DNA from: Ostreococcus lucimarinus
Taxonomy: Eukaryota
Strand: one strand, 5' to 3'
NCBI GenBank assembly: GCA_000092065.1
Contig: CP000581.1
DNA: 64,000 bases
Part shown: one piece after another, positions 7,475-18,200 of the stretch
Numbering within the stretch: the stretch's first letter is position 1
Layout of the letters: every line of letters begins with the position of its first letter
Made by a program: the position numbers and the translations under genes
Notes under the pieces: generated by a model
Databases searched by the model: none
The model's input: the letters and a program-made list of their open reading frames with translations, nothing else
Told to the model about the DNA's origin: nothing

Positions 7475-10282
7475 TTACGACTCGTCGGCGCTGTCTTCGA
7501 CCGATCTCATGATCACGCCTTCTTCGACCGAGATGACGTCTTCAAACTTCGGTCGCGTGTTCTCCGGTGCTTTCGCTTGGACCTGCTGCTCAATCACGTC
7601 GGTTTTATCGTTCACCTCCGGGGCGTTCGTCTTGAGAACGCGAGCACGCACCTCCTTGGGCGCGCGTTCAACTTTTTTCACCTTCTTCGTCGCGAGAGTC
7701 GCGAGATTCGCGCGCTTGTCCGATCGCTTCATCATCTTGAGCGTATCCGCCATGAGCGCGACGTGCAAGCCATCCGTAGCGGCCATTTTCATGAGTCGTC
7801 CCTTTCCAGGATCGTGCGCCAAGTGATTCGCCGCGACCTGTCGGGACGTCGGCGTGCGGTAATAACGGCCATCCGAGCCCATTTCCCACGCGAGCACTTG
7901 GTCCGTCAAGCACGCGTCGAGGACTTCTTGTAACTCGGTTTGGATCTTCGGATCGTACACACGCGTGATGACCTCGACGCGTCGAAGTAGATTACGACGC
8001 ATCAAATCCGCGGACCCCATGTAGAACTCGGGTGATCCGTTGTTTTCAAATCGGAACACGCGGTGATGCTCGAGAAAACGCCCGACAATGGAGACGACTC
8101 GAATGTTTTCTGAGACGCCGGGGATGCCCGGTCTAACGCGGCAGATGCCTCGAATGATGAGATGAATCTTCACACCTGCCTGCGAAGCGCGATACAGCGC
8201 GGCGCATATTACCGCGTCGTCAAGGCCATTCATTTTAGCGATGATGGACGCCGGCTTTCCTTTGAGAGCGTTCTCTGCTTCGCGTTCAATCATCTCCACG
8301 AATTCATTTTGCATGCGCAACGGGGCGACGATGAGCTTGTTGAACCGTTCTTGGTAGTGATGGCCCATGAGAAACTTGAACAAGTTACTCACATCATCGC
8401 CAAGCTGGTCGTCACGCGACAACAAACCGAAATCCGTGTAGATACCCGCCGTCGATGGGTTGTAGTTGCCGGTACCGATGTGCACGTACTTGACCAACTT
8501 TTTACCTTCGCGACGCACGACAAGCGACGCCTTCGAGTGCGTCTTGACCCCCTTGACACCGTACGCAACGTTGCATCCGGCGGTTTCTAAGCGCTGCGCA
8601 AAACCCACGTTTCTTGCTTCGTCGAAACGCGCCTTGAGCTCGACGAGCACGGCTACTTGCTTACCGTTTTCAGCCGCCTTGATCAAGGCTCTGACGATGG
8701 GCGAATTGTCGCTCGTGCGATAAAGCGTAGACTTGATTGAAAGCACATCCGGATCTCGCGCGGCTTCTTCGATGAACGCCTGCGTTGATGTAGCGAAAGA
8801 GACGTACGGGTGATGCACGAGGATGTCTCCCTCAGAAATCGCGCTGAAAATGGTGCCTTCGCTTCCGCGAATTTGTTCCAAACGTGGATGCGTTCGCGGC
8901 GACCACGGTGGGTAAAGCATCTCGATATCCATGCCAAAATTTACCGGTAATGAATCGATTGTACCGAAACCGAGTGGCGCGCGATGAGGTACGGTAATGA
9001 CGTCCGTGAGCGTGATGCCGTCGAGAGAGTCGATCAATTTATCTCGAATGTACTCGGGCATCGTGTCCTGGACTTCGAGGCGAACAAAAGACGCAAACCG
9101 ACGCTCTCGCACCTCGTCTGCCATCATCTCGAGCAAATCTTCGGCTTCGTCTTCATTACGCTCTATGTCGGCATTGCGCGTGACGCGAAACACGTGCGTA
9201 TCACGAATATTGCATCCTCTGAAGAGTTTCTCCATGTTCGCTTCGATAAGCTGCTCGAGCGGCAAAAATCGCTGTTCGCTGGAATCTTTGCTATCGCCGA
9301 CTCGAATCCAACGCTCGAGCGCGGCGGGAACGCTCACGATGGCAAACTTTTCCTGCTTGAACGCATCTTCGAGTTCGACCGCGATGGAAAGCGAGAGGGA
9401 ACCGAGAAACGGAAACGGGTGGCACGGATCTATGGCGCGAGGATCGAGCACCGGTTCGATTTGAGCCTCGAAATAGTCTCCGAGTTTCGTTCTCAAGTCC
9501 TTACTCAGATCATCGTATTGCTCCAAGTAGATATTGTGCGCCTTCAAAGCTGGAACGATGTGATCCTCCAACAAAGCCGCTTGTGCGTCCACTTGTCGCT
9601 CCACCTCCGCCGCGACGTTTTGCAACGTCTCCTGCGGCGTCCACACCTCCCGTCCGCGCTGCTTTACCAAGTTCTCCAAACCCGCCGCCGCCTGTCGCTT
9701 GATCGCGCCGACGCGCTTCGCGAAGAACTCATCCAGATTTCTCGCGCTGATCGCCACGAATCGCAACCTTTCAAATATCGGCACCTCTTCGTTCGCCGCC
9801 ATCGCGAGCACTCGCCAGTTAAACGCCAACCACGACATCTCCGCGTTAAACACCGGATCGCTCTTCACCAGCGTCTCCACGTCGTACTCGCTCAGCGCAT
9901 CCTTATCTTCCTCCATTCCTTCCTGCGCGAACGGCGGCGTCACCGTGCGCATGGCGGCGATCGATTCGTTGAACACGTCTCGCAGCTCTCGCGCGTCGAC
10001 GACGCTCTTCTCGTGCAATTCTTCACCATTCGCGGCGATCGCTCGCGTCTCCCCTCGCACCGCGCGCTTGCTCCCTCGACGCACCGCCGCGACGCGCCCA
10101 CCGCTCGCGCGCGCGTCGCCCGCCGCGCTCGCGCGCGCGTCGCGTCGCACGAAGACGATCTCGCGCGCGACCTCGTCGCGTCGACAGTTCGTCGAAACGA
10201 CGCCTCGTCGCGCGCGCGCGCCCGGCGTCGCGCGCGCGCGCGGCGCGCCCGGCGTCGCGCGCGCGACGACGCTCGCGCGCAT
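7475..10282 (-). CDS. PPK1: polyphosphate kinase 1 (PPK1, bacterial type) with long N- and C-terminal extensions
   Basis: Both PLD-like HKD motifs of PPK1 are present. [47 protein letters not shown] matches E. coli [66 protein letters not shown]...[18 protein letters not shown] matches SIVDRFLEHSRIYYF...YIGSADWMPRNLDRRVEV. The 935-aa protein compares with ~690 aa for bacterial PPK1. Confidence 0.9.
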   Translation of the reverse strand: [935 protein letters not shown]

Positions 10283-10485
10283 CGCTCGCGTCGCCGCGGC
10301 GTCGCGGCGCGCGTCACCGCGGCGTCGAAGAATGCCATCGCGTCGAATCCGCGTCGGCGCGTCCGCGACGCCGCAGTGACGCGCGCGGGGCGGCTTCGCG
10401 CGCGCGCGCGCGCGCGCCGGTCGAGCGTCGCGCGACGCGCGTCGCGCTCGACGCCGACGCGGATTCGACGCGCGCGGCGCGCGAG

Positions 10486-12186
10486 ATGCCGCGCGCGAGG
10501 GCGAAAGACGGCGCGCGCGTCGTTCGCGCGATTTCGACGGCGCGCGACGCGGCGCGCGACGCGCGCGCGCGCGCGCGCGATGGACGACGATGGACGTCGA
10601 CGCGCGCGCGCGCGGGCGCGGAGGCGTCGACGTCGGCGCTCGGGAGCGGGCTGGACTTTCGAGCGCTGACGCGCGCGGGCGAGACGGCGAGCGCGGCGTA
10701 CGCGAGGCTGTGCGCCGAGGGCGTCGTGCGCGAAGACGAGGCGCAGAGACACGCGCTGAAAGCGCTGGACGTCGTCGGAGGGCGCGCGAGAGGGACGCGG
10801 CGGAGGGAAGGACTCGGCGCGGTGGGCGCGGGGGGAGGGTGGTCGTTCGCGGGGTGGCTCGGCGGCGACGCGAGCGCGAAACGCGAGGTCGAAGCCGGAG
10901 AGGGGGGGGCGTACGTGCACGGGGGACCGGGAAGCGGGAAAACGTTTGTGATGGATTTGTTTTACGCCACGCTGGACGGTGAACACGGCGTGGAGAAGCG
11001 TCGGGAGCATTTTCACTCGTTTATGCTCGAGACGCACACGCAGTTGCACAAGTTGAAGGACTCGGATAAGAACATGGACACCGTGGGTCAATACGCGTCG
11101 GCGTTGGCGAGAAAGATGCGCGTGCTGTGCTTGGACGAGTTTCAAATCGTCGACGTCGCGGACGCGATGATCATCAAGCGTCTGCTGGAAAATCTCTGGG
11201 CCGAGGGCGTGCTGGTGGTGACGACGAGCAACAGACATCCGGATGAGTTGTACAAGAATGGGTTGAATCGCGCGCAGTTTTTGCCGTGCATAGCGGAAAT
11301 TAAAAGACGATGCATCGTGCACGAGATGGCGAGCGATCGCGATTATCGTCTCACTGGACGCGCACGGAGTGAGGAGGACCAAGCGATGTGGAAATCCGGC
11401 GGCGACGAAGCCGAGCGCGAGCGTTGGCTGGTCGAACGCTTGCAAGTGCTCGCGGGCGAGCGCTCGTTCAAACCGCTACAAATAGCGATCGGTGGACGCC
11501 TCGTGCACGTCCGGCGCGCGGGTGGTGGCATCGCTCACTTTGATTTTAACGAGTTGTGTGACAGCGCTCTGGGCGCCGCCGATTACACCGCCCTCGCGAG
11601 CATCTTCAACTCCATAGGCGTCGGGCACGTGCCGACTTTGAGCTCAGACAGACTCGATCTGGTGCGAAGATTCATTACATTCATAGATGTCATGTACGAG
11701 CATAAGGTGAAACTCCTCGTGAGTGCGGATGCGTCGCCTGAAGAGCTGTACCGCGCGAGCGCCGGCGACGGATCTCGCAAAAACGCCGCCCGCGACGAAG
11801 AGTTCGCGTGGGACCGCGCAGCGAGTCGACTCGCGGAGATGCAGTCGAAAGAGTTTCAAGAGGCACCTTGGAATCCAAAAGCTGGGAGCTGGTTGCTCGA
11901 ACAGGCGCGCGTCACCGAAGTCGTTCCAGCGCAGGTTCTGCGCTCCTTGTGGCAACGCTACGACCGCAACCGAGACAACGTTTTGGACGAAACCGAGCTC
12001 GAGTGTTTGGTGGGCGACTTGAACCAGCTGCGAAGTGGACACAGGCACGTGTCCGAAGAACAATTAGACGCCGTGATGTCCATCGTGCGTGGATCGAAAA
12101 ATTTGCGCGAAAATCGATACATGACGTACGAAGAATTCACGCGATACGGGCACGCCGCCATGCTCGAATGCATGCGCGACCGCTAG
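10486..12186 (+). CDS. AFG1/LACE1 (ZapE)-family ATPase with a C-terminal EF-hand
   Basis: Walker A GGPGSGKTFVMDLFY, Walker B RVLCLDEFQIVD and the VTTSNRHPDELY block are typical of AFG1. The C-terminal extension carries a canonical EF-hand loop, DRNRDNVLDETEL. The real start may be an internal ATG such as 10590. Confidence 0.8.
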   Translation: MPRARAKDGARVVRAISTARDAARDARARARDGRRWTSTRARAGAEASTSALGSGLDFRALTRAGETASAAYARLCAEGVVREDEAQRHALKALDVVGGRARGTRRREGLGAVGAGGGWSFAGWLGGDASAKREVEAGEGGAYVHGGPGSGKTFVMDLFYATLDGEHGVEKRREHFHSFMLETHTQLHKLKDSDKNMDTVGQYASALARKMRVLCLDEFQIVDVADAMIIKRLLENLWAEGVLVVTTSNRHPDELYKNGLNRAQFLPCIAEIKRRCIVHEMASDRDYRLTGRARSEEDQAMWKSGGDEAERERWLVERLQVLAGERSFKPLQIAIGGRLVHVRRAGGGIAHFDFNELCDSALGAADYTALASIFNSIGVGHVPTLSSDRLDLVRRFITFIDVMYEHKVKLLVSADASPEELYRASAGDGSRKNAARDEEFAWDRAASRLAEMQSKEFQEAPWNPKAGSWLLEQARVTEVVPAQVLRSLWQRYDRNRDNVLDETELECLVGDLNQLRSGHRHVSEEQLDAVMSIVRGSKNLRENRYMTYEEFTRYGHAAMLECMRDR

Positions 12187-12252
12187 CGAGCGATGCCGCT
12201 AAACTTCACATTTATCATATTCATTATTTCACGCGTAGTTAGTACAACATCT

Positions 12253-12690
12253 TCACATCTTCGAACGCGTGGCGCTCAGGGCTTCCTTTAAATCCCGCGG
12301 CACCGGCGTGGGTCTCCGCGTTTCCGCGTCCACGGACACGTACGTCACCAATCCATCGAAGCACGCGCCCCCATCCACCGTTCCGACGTACTCCACGTCA
12401 AAGGACGTCGTTCCCCACCGAGGCACTCGACACGCGATCCGCACCCGATCCAGAAACTTGGCTGACTTTTTAAAGTTCCATTTGCTGCTCGCGGCGACGG
12501 CCACGCTTCGCCCGCACGTCCACGCCCAGTCTTTCCCCATCGCCCGCTCCAACCACGCGTCGAACGCGCAATCGGCGTACACCGGATAACTGCCGTTGAA
12601 CACCACGCCTTGTCCGTCCGTCTCGCTGAACCGAACGACCACGACGTGCTCGTGCGACATCGAAACCCGCGACGCGACACCGACCGACAC
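12253..12690 (-). CDS. hotdog-fold acyl-CoA thioesterase (4HBT/YbgC-like)
   Basis: VRFSETDGQGVVFNGSYPVYADCAFDAWL matches the 4HBT family signature (cf. VRVEDTDAQGVVYHANY). About 145 aa, a typical size. Confidence 0.7.
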   Translation of the reverse strand: MSVGVASRVSMSHEHVVVVRFSETDGQGVVFNGSYPVYADCAFDAWLERAMGKDWAWTCGRSVAVAASSKWNFKKSAKFLDRVRIACRVPRWGTTSFDVEYVGTVDGGACFDGLVTYVSVDAETRRPTPVPRDLKEALSATRSKM

Positions 12691-12997
12691 TTTTCCGTCG
12701 ACACTTTTCCGACGCCGCGCGATGCGATTAGTTTTTACGGCCGTTCGCGGACGTCAGGAAGGCTGCGCACGCGACGACGACGTGCCAGACGAACAGACTG
12801 CGGCCTCTCGCGTTGCGCTCGCGCTGTGCGGGATCGGTGTCGCCGGGCGCGGTCATGATTCGCGCGATTGTGACGCGACGGGGTCCCACCAGCGGTCGTT
12901 CCCCTGGATCGAGGCGGCGCGGCTGCCCGTCGAAACGCGACGGATTCGAGGCTCTATCGGCTACAACGCTAGATGCGACGATGGTTTGGGTGCATGA

Positions 12998-15175
12998 CTA
13001 TGATTTCGACGCGATCGTAAAGTGCTCGTGGCGCACGCGAGCGGCGTTCATGTCCTGTCGAAGCGCGGCGAGCGCGGCTTCCTTGACGACGTGACGAAGC
13101 TCGGCGCCCGTGTAACCGACGGCGACGCGAGCCAACGCGTCGAGATCGACGTCGTCGTCGAGCGTGACGTCGCGGGTGTGGACGCGTAACGCCTCTACGC
13201 GACCGATGAAGTCGAGTGGGGGAATCTCGAGCACTAAATCGAGTCTTCCTGGGCGCGTGAGCGCGGGATCGAGACTCTTCGGGCGGTTCGTCGTCGCCAT
13301 CACGAGCACGCCGCCCGCGGTAGAGGGCGCGGTCTCTAACCCATCCATCTCCGTCAAGAACACCGAAAGCAGGCGAGTGGCGACGTCGTGCGCGCCGTCC
13401 GACGCGCCGTCGCCGCGAGATCCGCACATACCGTCGATTTCGTCGAGAAGAAGAACCGCCGGCGCCGACTTGCGCGCCTTGGTAAACGTACTGCGAAGAA
13501 TCTTTTCACCTTCGCCCAAGTATTTGCTGAACACGTCCGCGGCGGAAAGCGCGATAACGGTCGCGCCCGATGCCGTGGCTGCGGCGCGCGCGAGCGTGGT
13601 CTTCGCGCATCCTGGAGGTCCGTGCAAAAGAATACCCTTTGGCGGTCGCAAGCCTAGACGCTTGAACGCGTCTGCGTGGTGCAACGGCCACTCTACCGCT
13701 TGTCTAAGCCGCTTCTTAACGTCGGCTAAACCGCCAATGTCATCCCACGTGATCGGCGGCAAATCGATCGCGACGCCACGCACGACGGACGCGCGCACGC
13801 GTGAGCGAGACGCTTGAAAATCAGCCATCGACACCGTCATCTCGCTGTCGCCGTCCTCGCGTCGATTTTGAATCGCACGCATCGCGGCTTCGCGGCAAAG
13901 CGCCGCGATATCTGCACCGCTGTACCCTTTACTATCGAAAGCGACGATGTCCAACGCGACATCGTCGGCGAGCGGAATCGACTTCGCGTGAAGTTTGAGG
14001 ATTTCTGCGCGCTCCATCGCGTTCGGTAGCGACAACTCAACCTCGCGATCGAATCTACCCGGTCGACGAAGCGCAGGATCGATGGCGTTCGGCCGACTCG
14101 TCGTGGCAACGACGGGAACGACGACCTCGTCAGACTCCCCTGCGCCGTCCATTAACGTCAAAAGCTGCGCCACGATTCTCGTCTCGTGCGCGCTCGTTTC
14201 TTGCCTCGTCGGACACAACACGTCGAGCTCATCGATCATGATCACGCACGGCGCGCCCTTCGTCACCTCTTTCCGCGCGCGTTCGAATATCTTACGCAAA
14301 CGCTTCTCGCTCTCACCCGCGTACGCGCCCACGATGTCCCCGCTACTCACCCCTAAAATCGTCGCCCCCGCCTCGGCCGCCACCGCGCGCACCGCCTCCG
14401 TCTTTCCCGTACCCGGCGGTCCATGCAAAAGTAAGCCTCGAGGAAACCGCACGCCGAGCCTTCGCGCTTCGCTCGCGTACCGCATCGGCCACACGATGGC
14501 TTGACGCAACGCGTTCAAAGCTTCATCGCACGCGACGACGCGCGTCTCCGCTCGAGCCGCCGCCGCGTCGCCGCTCGCCGCGCGTCCCGTCTCTTCATCC
14601 GCCCCGAGCATCTCAACGCGTTCGATCACCGTCGACGCCGTGATGCGCCACGTCACGCTCCTATCGTCGCTCCCTCGCACGCTCGGCTCGACGCGTTCGA
14701 CGACGACGCGCTCGCGTTCGCCGCCGCTCGTCGACGCCGACGCGCCGACGCGCACGACGCGTTCTCGCAATCCTCGCTCGAGCGCCGCCGGCGTCACGCT
14801 CACCGGCGCTCGCACGCGCACGCGTTCACACGCGATCGGTTTCGCGTCTAAACGCTCGATCGTGCCCTCGTACGCGTCGCGTTCGTCGAATTCTTTCGCA
14901 TTCGCATTCGCCGCCGAATCTGCCTCGCGCACGCTCGCGTCGATTTCTGCGCACAGCCCGGGCTTTTCGTCCCACGGCTCGAGCGCGCACAGGAAGACGA
15001 ACTCCTCGTCCGCGCCGTCGCCCGCGCGAGGGCGTCTGCGCAGGCGCACGCGCACGGGGGCGCCGAGCGGTAGACGCAGGGCGTCGACGACGTCGCGGGA
15101 ACATCGCGCGCGCTGGGCGCTCGAGCGCGCGATGCGCGCGACGTCGACGCGAACGACGTCCATGCGAATGCGCAC
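12998..15175 (-). CDS. double-AAA ATPase of the CDC48/AFG2 (SPATA5)/NVL family
   Basis: Two complete AAA modules: LLHGPPGTGKT...VIMIDELD and ILLHGPPGCAKT...VLLLDEIDGM, with SRH regions. They follow a ~200-aa N-domain. Confidence 0.8.
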   Translation of the reverse strand: MRIRMDVVRVDVARIARSSAQRARCSRDVVDALRLPLGAPVRVRLRRRPRAGDGADEEFVFLCALEPWDEKPGLCAEIDASVREADSAANANAKEFDERDAYEGTIERLDAKPIACERVRVRAPVSVTPAALERGLRERVVRVGASASTSGGERERVVVERVEPSVRGSDDRSVTWRITASTVIERVEMLGADEETGRAASGDAAAARAETRVVACDEALNALRQAIVWPMRYASEARRLGVRFPRGLLLHGPPGTGKTEAVRAVAAEAGATILGVSSGDIVGAYAGESEKRLRKIFERARKEVTKGAPCVIMIDELDVLCPTRQETSAHETRIVAQLLTLMDGAGESDEVVVPVVATTSRPNAIDPALRRPGRFDREVELSLPNAMERAEILKLHAKSIPLADDVALDIVAFDSKGYSGADIAALCREAAMRAIQNRREDGDSEMTVSMADFQASRSRVRASVVRGVAIDLPPITWDDIGGLADVKKRLRQAVEWPLHHADAFKRLGLRPPKGILLHGPPGCAKTTLARAAATASGATVIALSAADVFSKYLGEGEKILRSTFTKARKSAPAVLLLDEIDGMCGSRGDGASDGAHDVATRLLSVFLTEMDGLETAPSTAGGVLVMATTNRPKSLDPALTRPGRLDLVLEIPPLDFIGRVEALRVHTRDVTLDDDVDLDALARVAVGYTGAELRHVVKEAALAALRQDMNAARVRHEHFTIASKS

Positions 15176-15279
15176 GCGCGCGACGCGCGATGGGGCGCGC
15201 GACGTCGTGTGGAGAGTGAAAGAATGAGTGTACGCTATTACACGCTGGAGAGCCGTCGCCTTCGCGAACGCGCTCGCGA

Positions 15280-18200
15280 TTACTTGTCCTCGTTCGACAT
15301 GTCGAGGAGCTGCGTGAAATAATCCACCGCGCTGGCTGCGGTTTTCTTCGTTTCGTTGGTGTTTGTCTTGCGCGTGATGACGCTGCGCAGGGATGAAATG
15401 GTCATCGATTTGACGACGTCTTCGGCTTCGACGTCTTGAACCGAAATACCCATGGACTCGGCGTATTTGGATTTGAGATCGTCGAGTTCGCCGGCCACTT
15501 TTTTGGACTCTTCGAGAACCTTGAGTTCTTCATCGCTCAGGTTCACAAAGTCGCGGAGACGCTTTTTGGCCTCGTCGAGGGAAACGCGGAGGCGCTTGAT
15601 CTCCACGGCGTACTCATCGCGTTCGGTTGCCGTCTGCTCAAACGAACGTTCGAGCGCAAGTCTGTCGGCCTCGAGCTGCTTTTCTCGATCGGAGACGCTA
15701 AGCCTGAGGCTCTTTTCGGCTTTAGACTTTTCTTCCGCGACGATTTTGAGCGCTTTTTCGCGACTCGCTTTGAGCGCCGCGTCCTTCGCCGCGATGGTGT
15801 CTCTCAGTCGTGCCTCGTACGATTCGCGAAGCTTGGCGATATCGATCTCGCTTCGCTCGCGAAGTTCCTTGAGACTCGCTTGAGTTTTGGCTATCTCTTC
15901 GGCGTAAGCGTCAGCGTCGCCACGTCTGCCGGTCGAGGTCGCAACTTCCTTCTCAACAATCTTTTCAACCTCAACAATCTTCTCGACGACCTTCTCGACT
16001 ATTTGCGGCGGTCCGCCTGTTTGCCCGGCGCGCTTTTCCGCGTCGCGCACAGCCCGTTGAAGCGTTTCAACTTCTTGACGGAAGTCTACGACTAGCTTAT
16101 CAAACTGCGCGTTGAATTTGGCTTCAATTTCCAGATCACGATCGTTGAGCATGTTTTCAAAGTTGGCAATTTTGGCCTTGAGTTTATCATTCGCCTTCTT
16201 CGCCGTCGCACGAAGCGCCGCTTCAGATTTTGAGCGTTCGGCGGCGGCGATGGCCAATTGATCGCGCAACGCCTTCTTCGCTGTGGTTTCCGCCTCTCTC
16301 AGAGCCGCGATATATTCACGCTGTGCCGCGAGCTTGGCACTCTCGGTGAGCTTCTTTGCCGCCGCGATTTCAGTGCGCAAAGTCTTTTCCATACGGTCGC
16401 GCTCCGCCTTCGCAGCTTCCATCGCGGACGCCAACTTCTGGTTCGCAATCTTCTCAGAGTTTGCGAGCTGATTTTCGAGTGTAGAAACTTTGGATTCCAA
16501 AGCCTTAAGCTTTGATTCGGATTCGATGCGCATTGCTTTCTCTACCGCCTCGATTTCAGCCTTTTGTGCCGTCTTAAATTCGCTCAGTTTCTTCACGGCG
16601 GCTTCAAGATCACGCTCGAGCGTCGCAACCTTGCTAGGCGATTGAGCGGGCTTGCTCTTCTGTATGACTGACTCCGTCGGTGTAGACGCGTTCGTCTCCT
16701 TCATCGAGCGATTCGACGCGCCGAAGAGACGTTCAAAGAGCGAAGGCGCGGAAGTCTTCGCCGCTTCTTCAGCCGCCAACGCCGCTTCTTCAGCCGCCAA
16801 CGCCGCATCTTCCTTCGCTTTCGTAGCTTCTTCCTTCGCTGCAAGCAACTGATCGCGCAAAGTAACCATTTCACTTTGCGCCGCACGAAGCTTACGCTCG
16901 GCGTCTTCGCGCGCGGCTCGTTCAGCTGCAACCTTGCCTTTGTTGAATTCAAAGAGAGGGCGCTGAACGGAGGTTTCCGATACCACCTTCGATGACGAAG
17001 ATTGCTTCTTTGCGACATCGAGTTCATCAGTGAGTGCACCAACGCGTTGCTCATAAAAGGCGATCTTCTCTGCGAGAGTTACTTGCTCGGATTTCAATCT
17101 TCGCTCGAAGTCTTCCTTCATCAAAAGCATCGAACGGGACCATTTCGCCTCCGCTTCGGCAAACTCGGCCTGAACACTCGCAAGTCGATACTGGACATTC
17201 TCCATTTTCTTCGCCTGTTCCGCATAATCCCTGTGCGCACGTCTGATTTGCTTCTCAAGTTCGCGTTCGCGTGACTTGAGTTGCTTGTTCATTAGCTGCG
17301 CCGAGTCTCGTACGCGTTCTTTGAAGTCTTCGCGCAACGCGGCGAGAAGAACTTCAACCTCTCGCGTGTGCTCCTTGCTTTCTTGAATCTTTTGGTTGAA
17401 TTCTAAAGTAGCATCAGCCATTGTTTGAGCGACAGCGCGAACGATCTCGTCATTGTGCTTTTCCTTCATCGCGTTCATTTCAGAAATTCTAGAACCCAAC
17501 ATCGCCTGACTATTTTGATACTTGACCAAAATATCTGCTCGTTCGGATTCAAGACTGCGCACATTCGCTTCGTCGGCCTGAACACTCGCAAGTCGATACT
17601 GGACATTCTCCATTTTCTTCGCCTGTTCCGCATAATCCCTGTGCGCACGTCTGATTTGCTTCTCAAGTTCGCGTTCGCGTGACTTGAGTTGCTTGTTCAT
17701 TAGCTGCGCCGAGTCTCGCACGCGTTCTTTGAAGTCTTCGCGCAACGCGGCGAGAAGAACTTCAACCTCTCGCGTGTGCTCCTTGCTTTCTTGAATCTTT
17801 TGGTTGAATTCTAAAGTAGCATCAGCCGTTGTTTGAGCGACAGCGCGAACGATCTCGTCATTGTGCTTTTCCTTCATCGCGTTCATTTCAGAAATTCTAG
17901 AACCCAACATCGCCTGACTATTTTGATACTTGACCAAAATATCTGCTCGTTCGGATTCAAGACTGCGCACATTCGCTTCGTACGACTTTGCTTGATCTTT
18001 CCAAGCAACGGAGTCGAATTGCCATGCGTCACGTTCTTGCTCCAACTTGGCCATTTTACGAAGCATTTGTGCGACGGCAGCAGTCATCTCGTCATCCTCA
18101 TCAAACGACGCCGAGGCGTTTTCGGTAAGTCGCGCCAAATCGAGCGCATACTTTGTCTCTGCGTCGGCAACCGCACGTTCTCGCTCTTCGTTCAGGCGCG

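Noticed and set aside
8984-10669. 561-aa plus-strand ORF (and similar long ORFs at 26558-28099, 31183-32133, 32374-33597, 33858-35432, 41007-42215, 50306-50599 and 25564-26952)
   Set aside because: They lie antisense to or overlap genes with strong family signatures and are dominated by Arg/Ala/Pro/His runs. These are the expected stop-poor antisense frames of a ~68% GC sequence. No conserved motifs were found.
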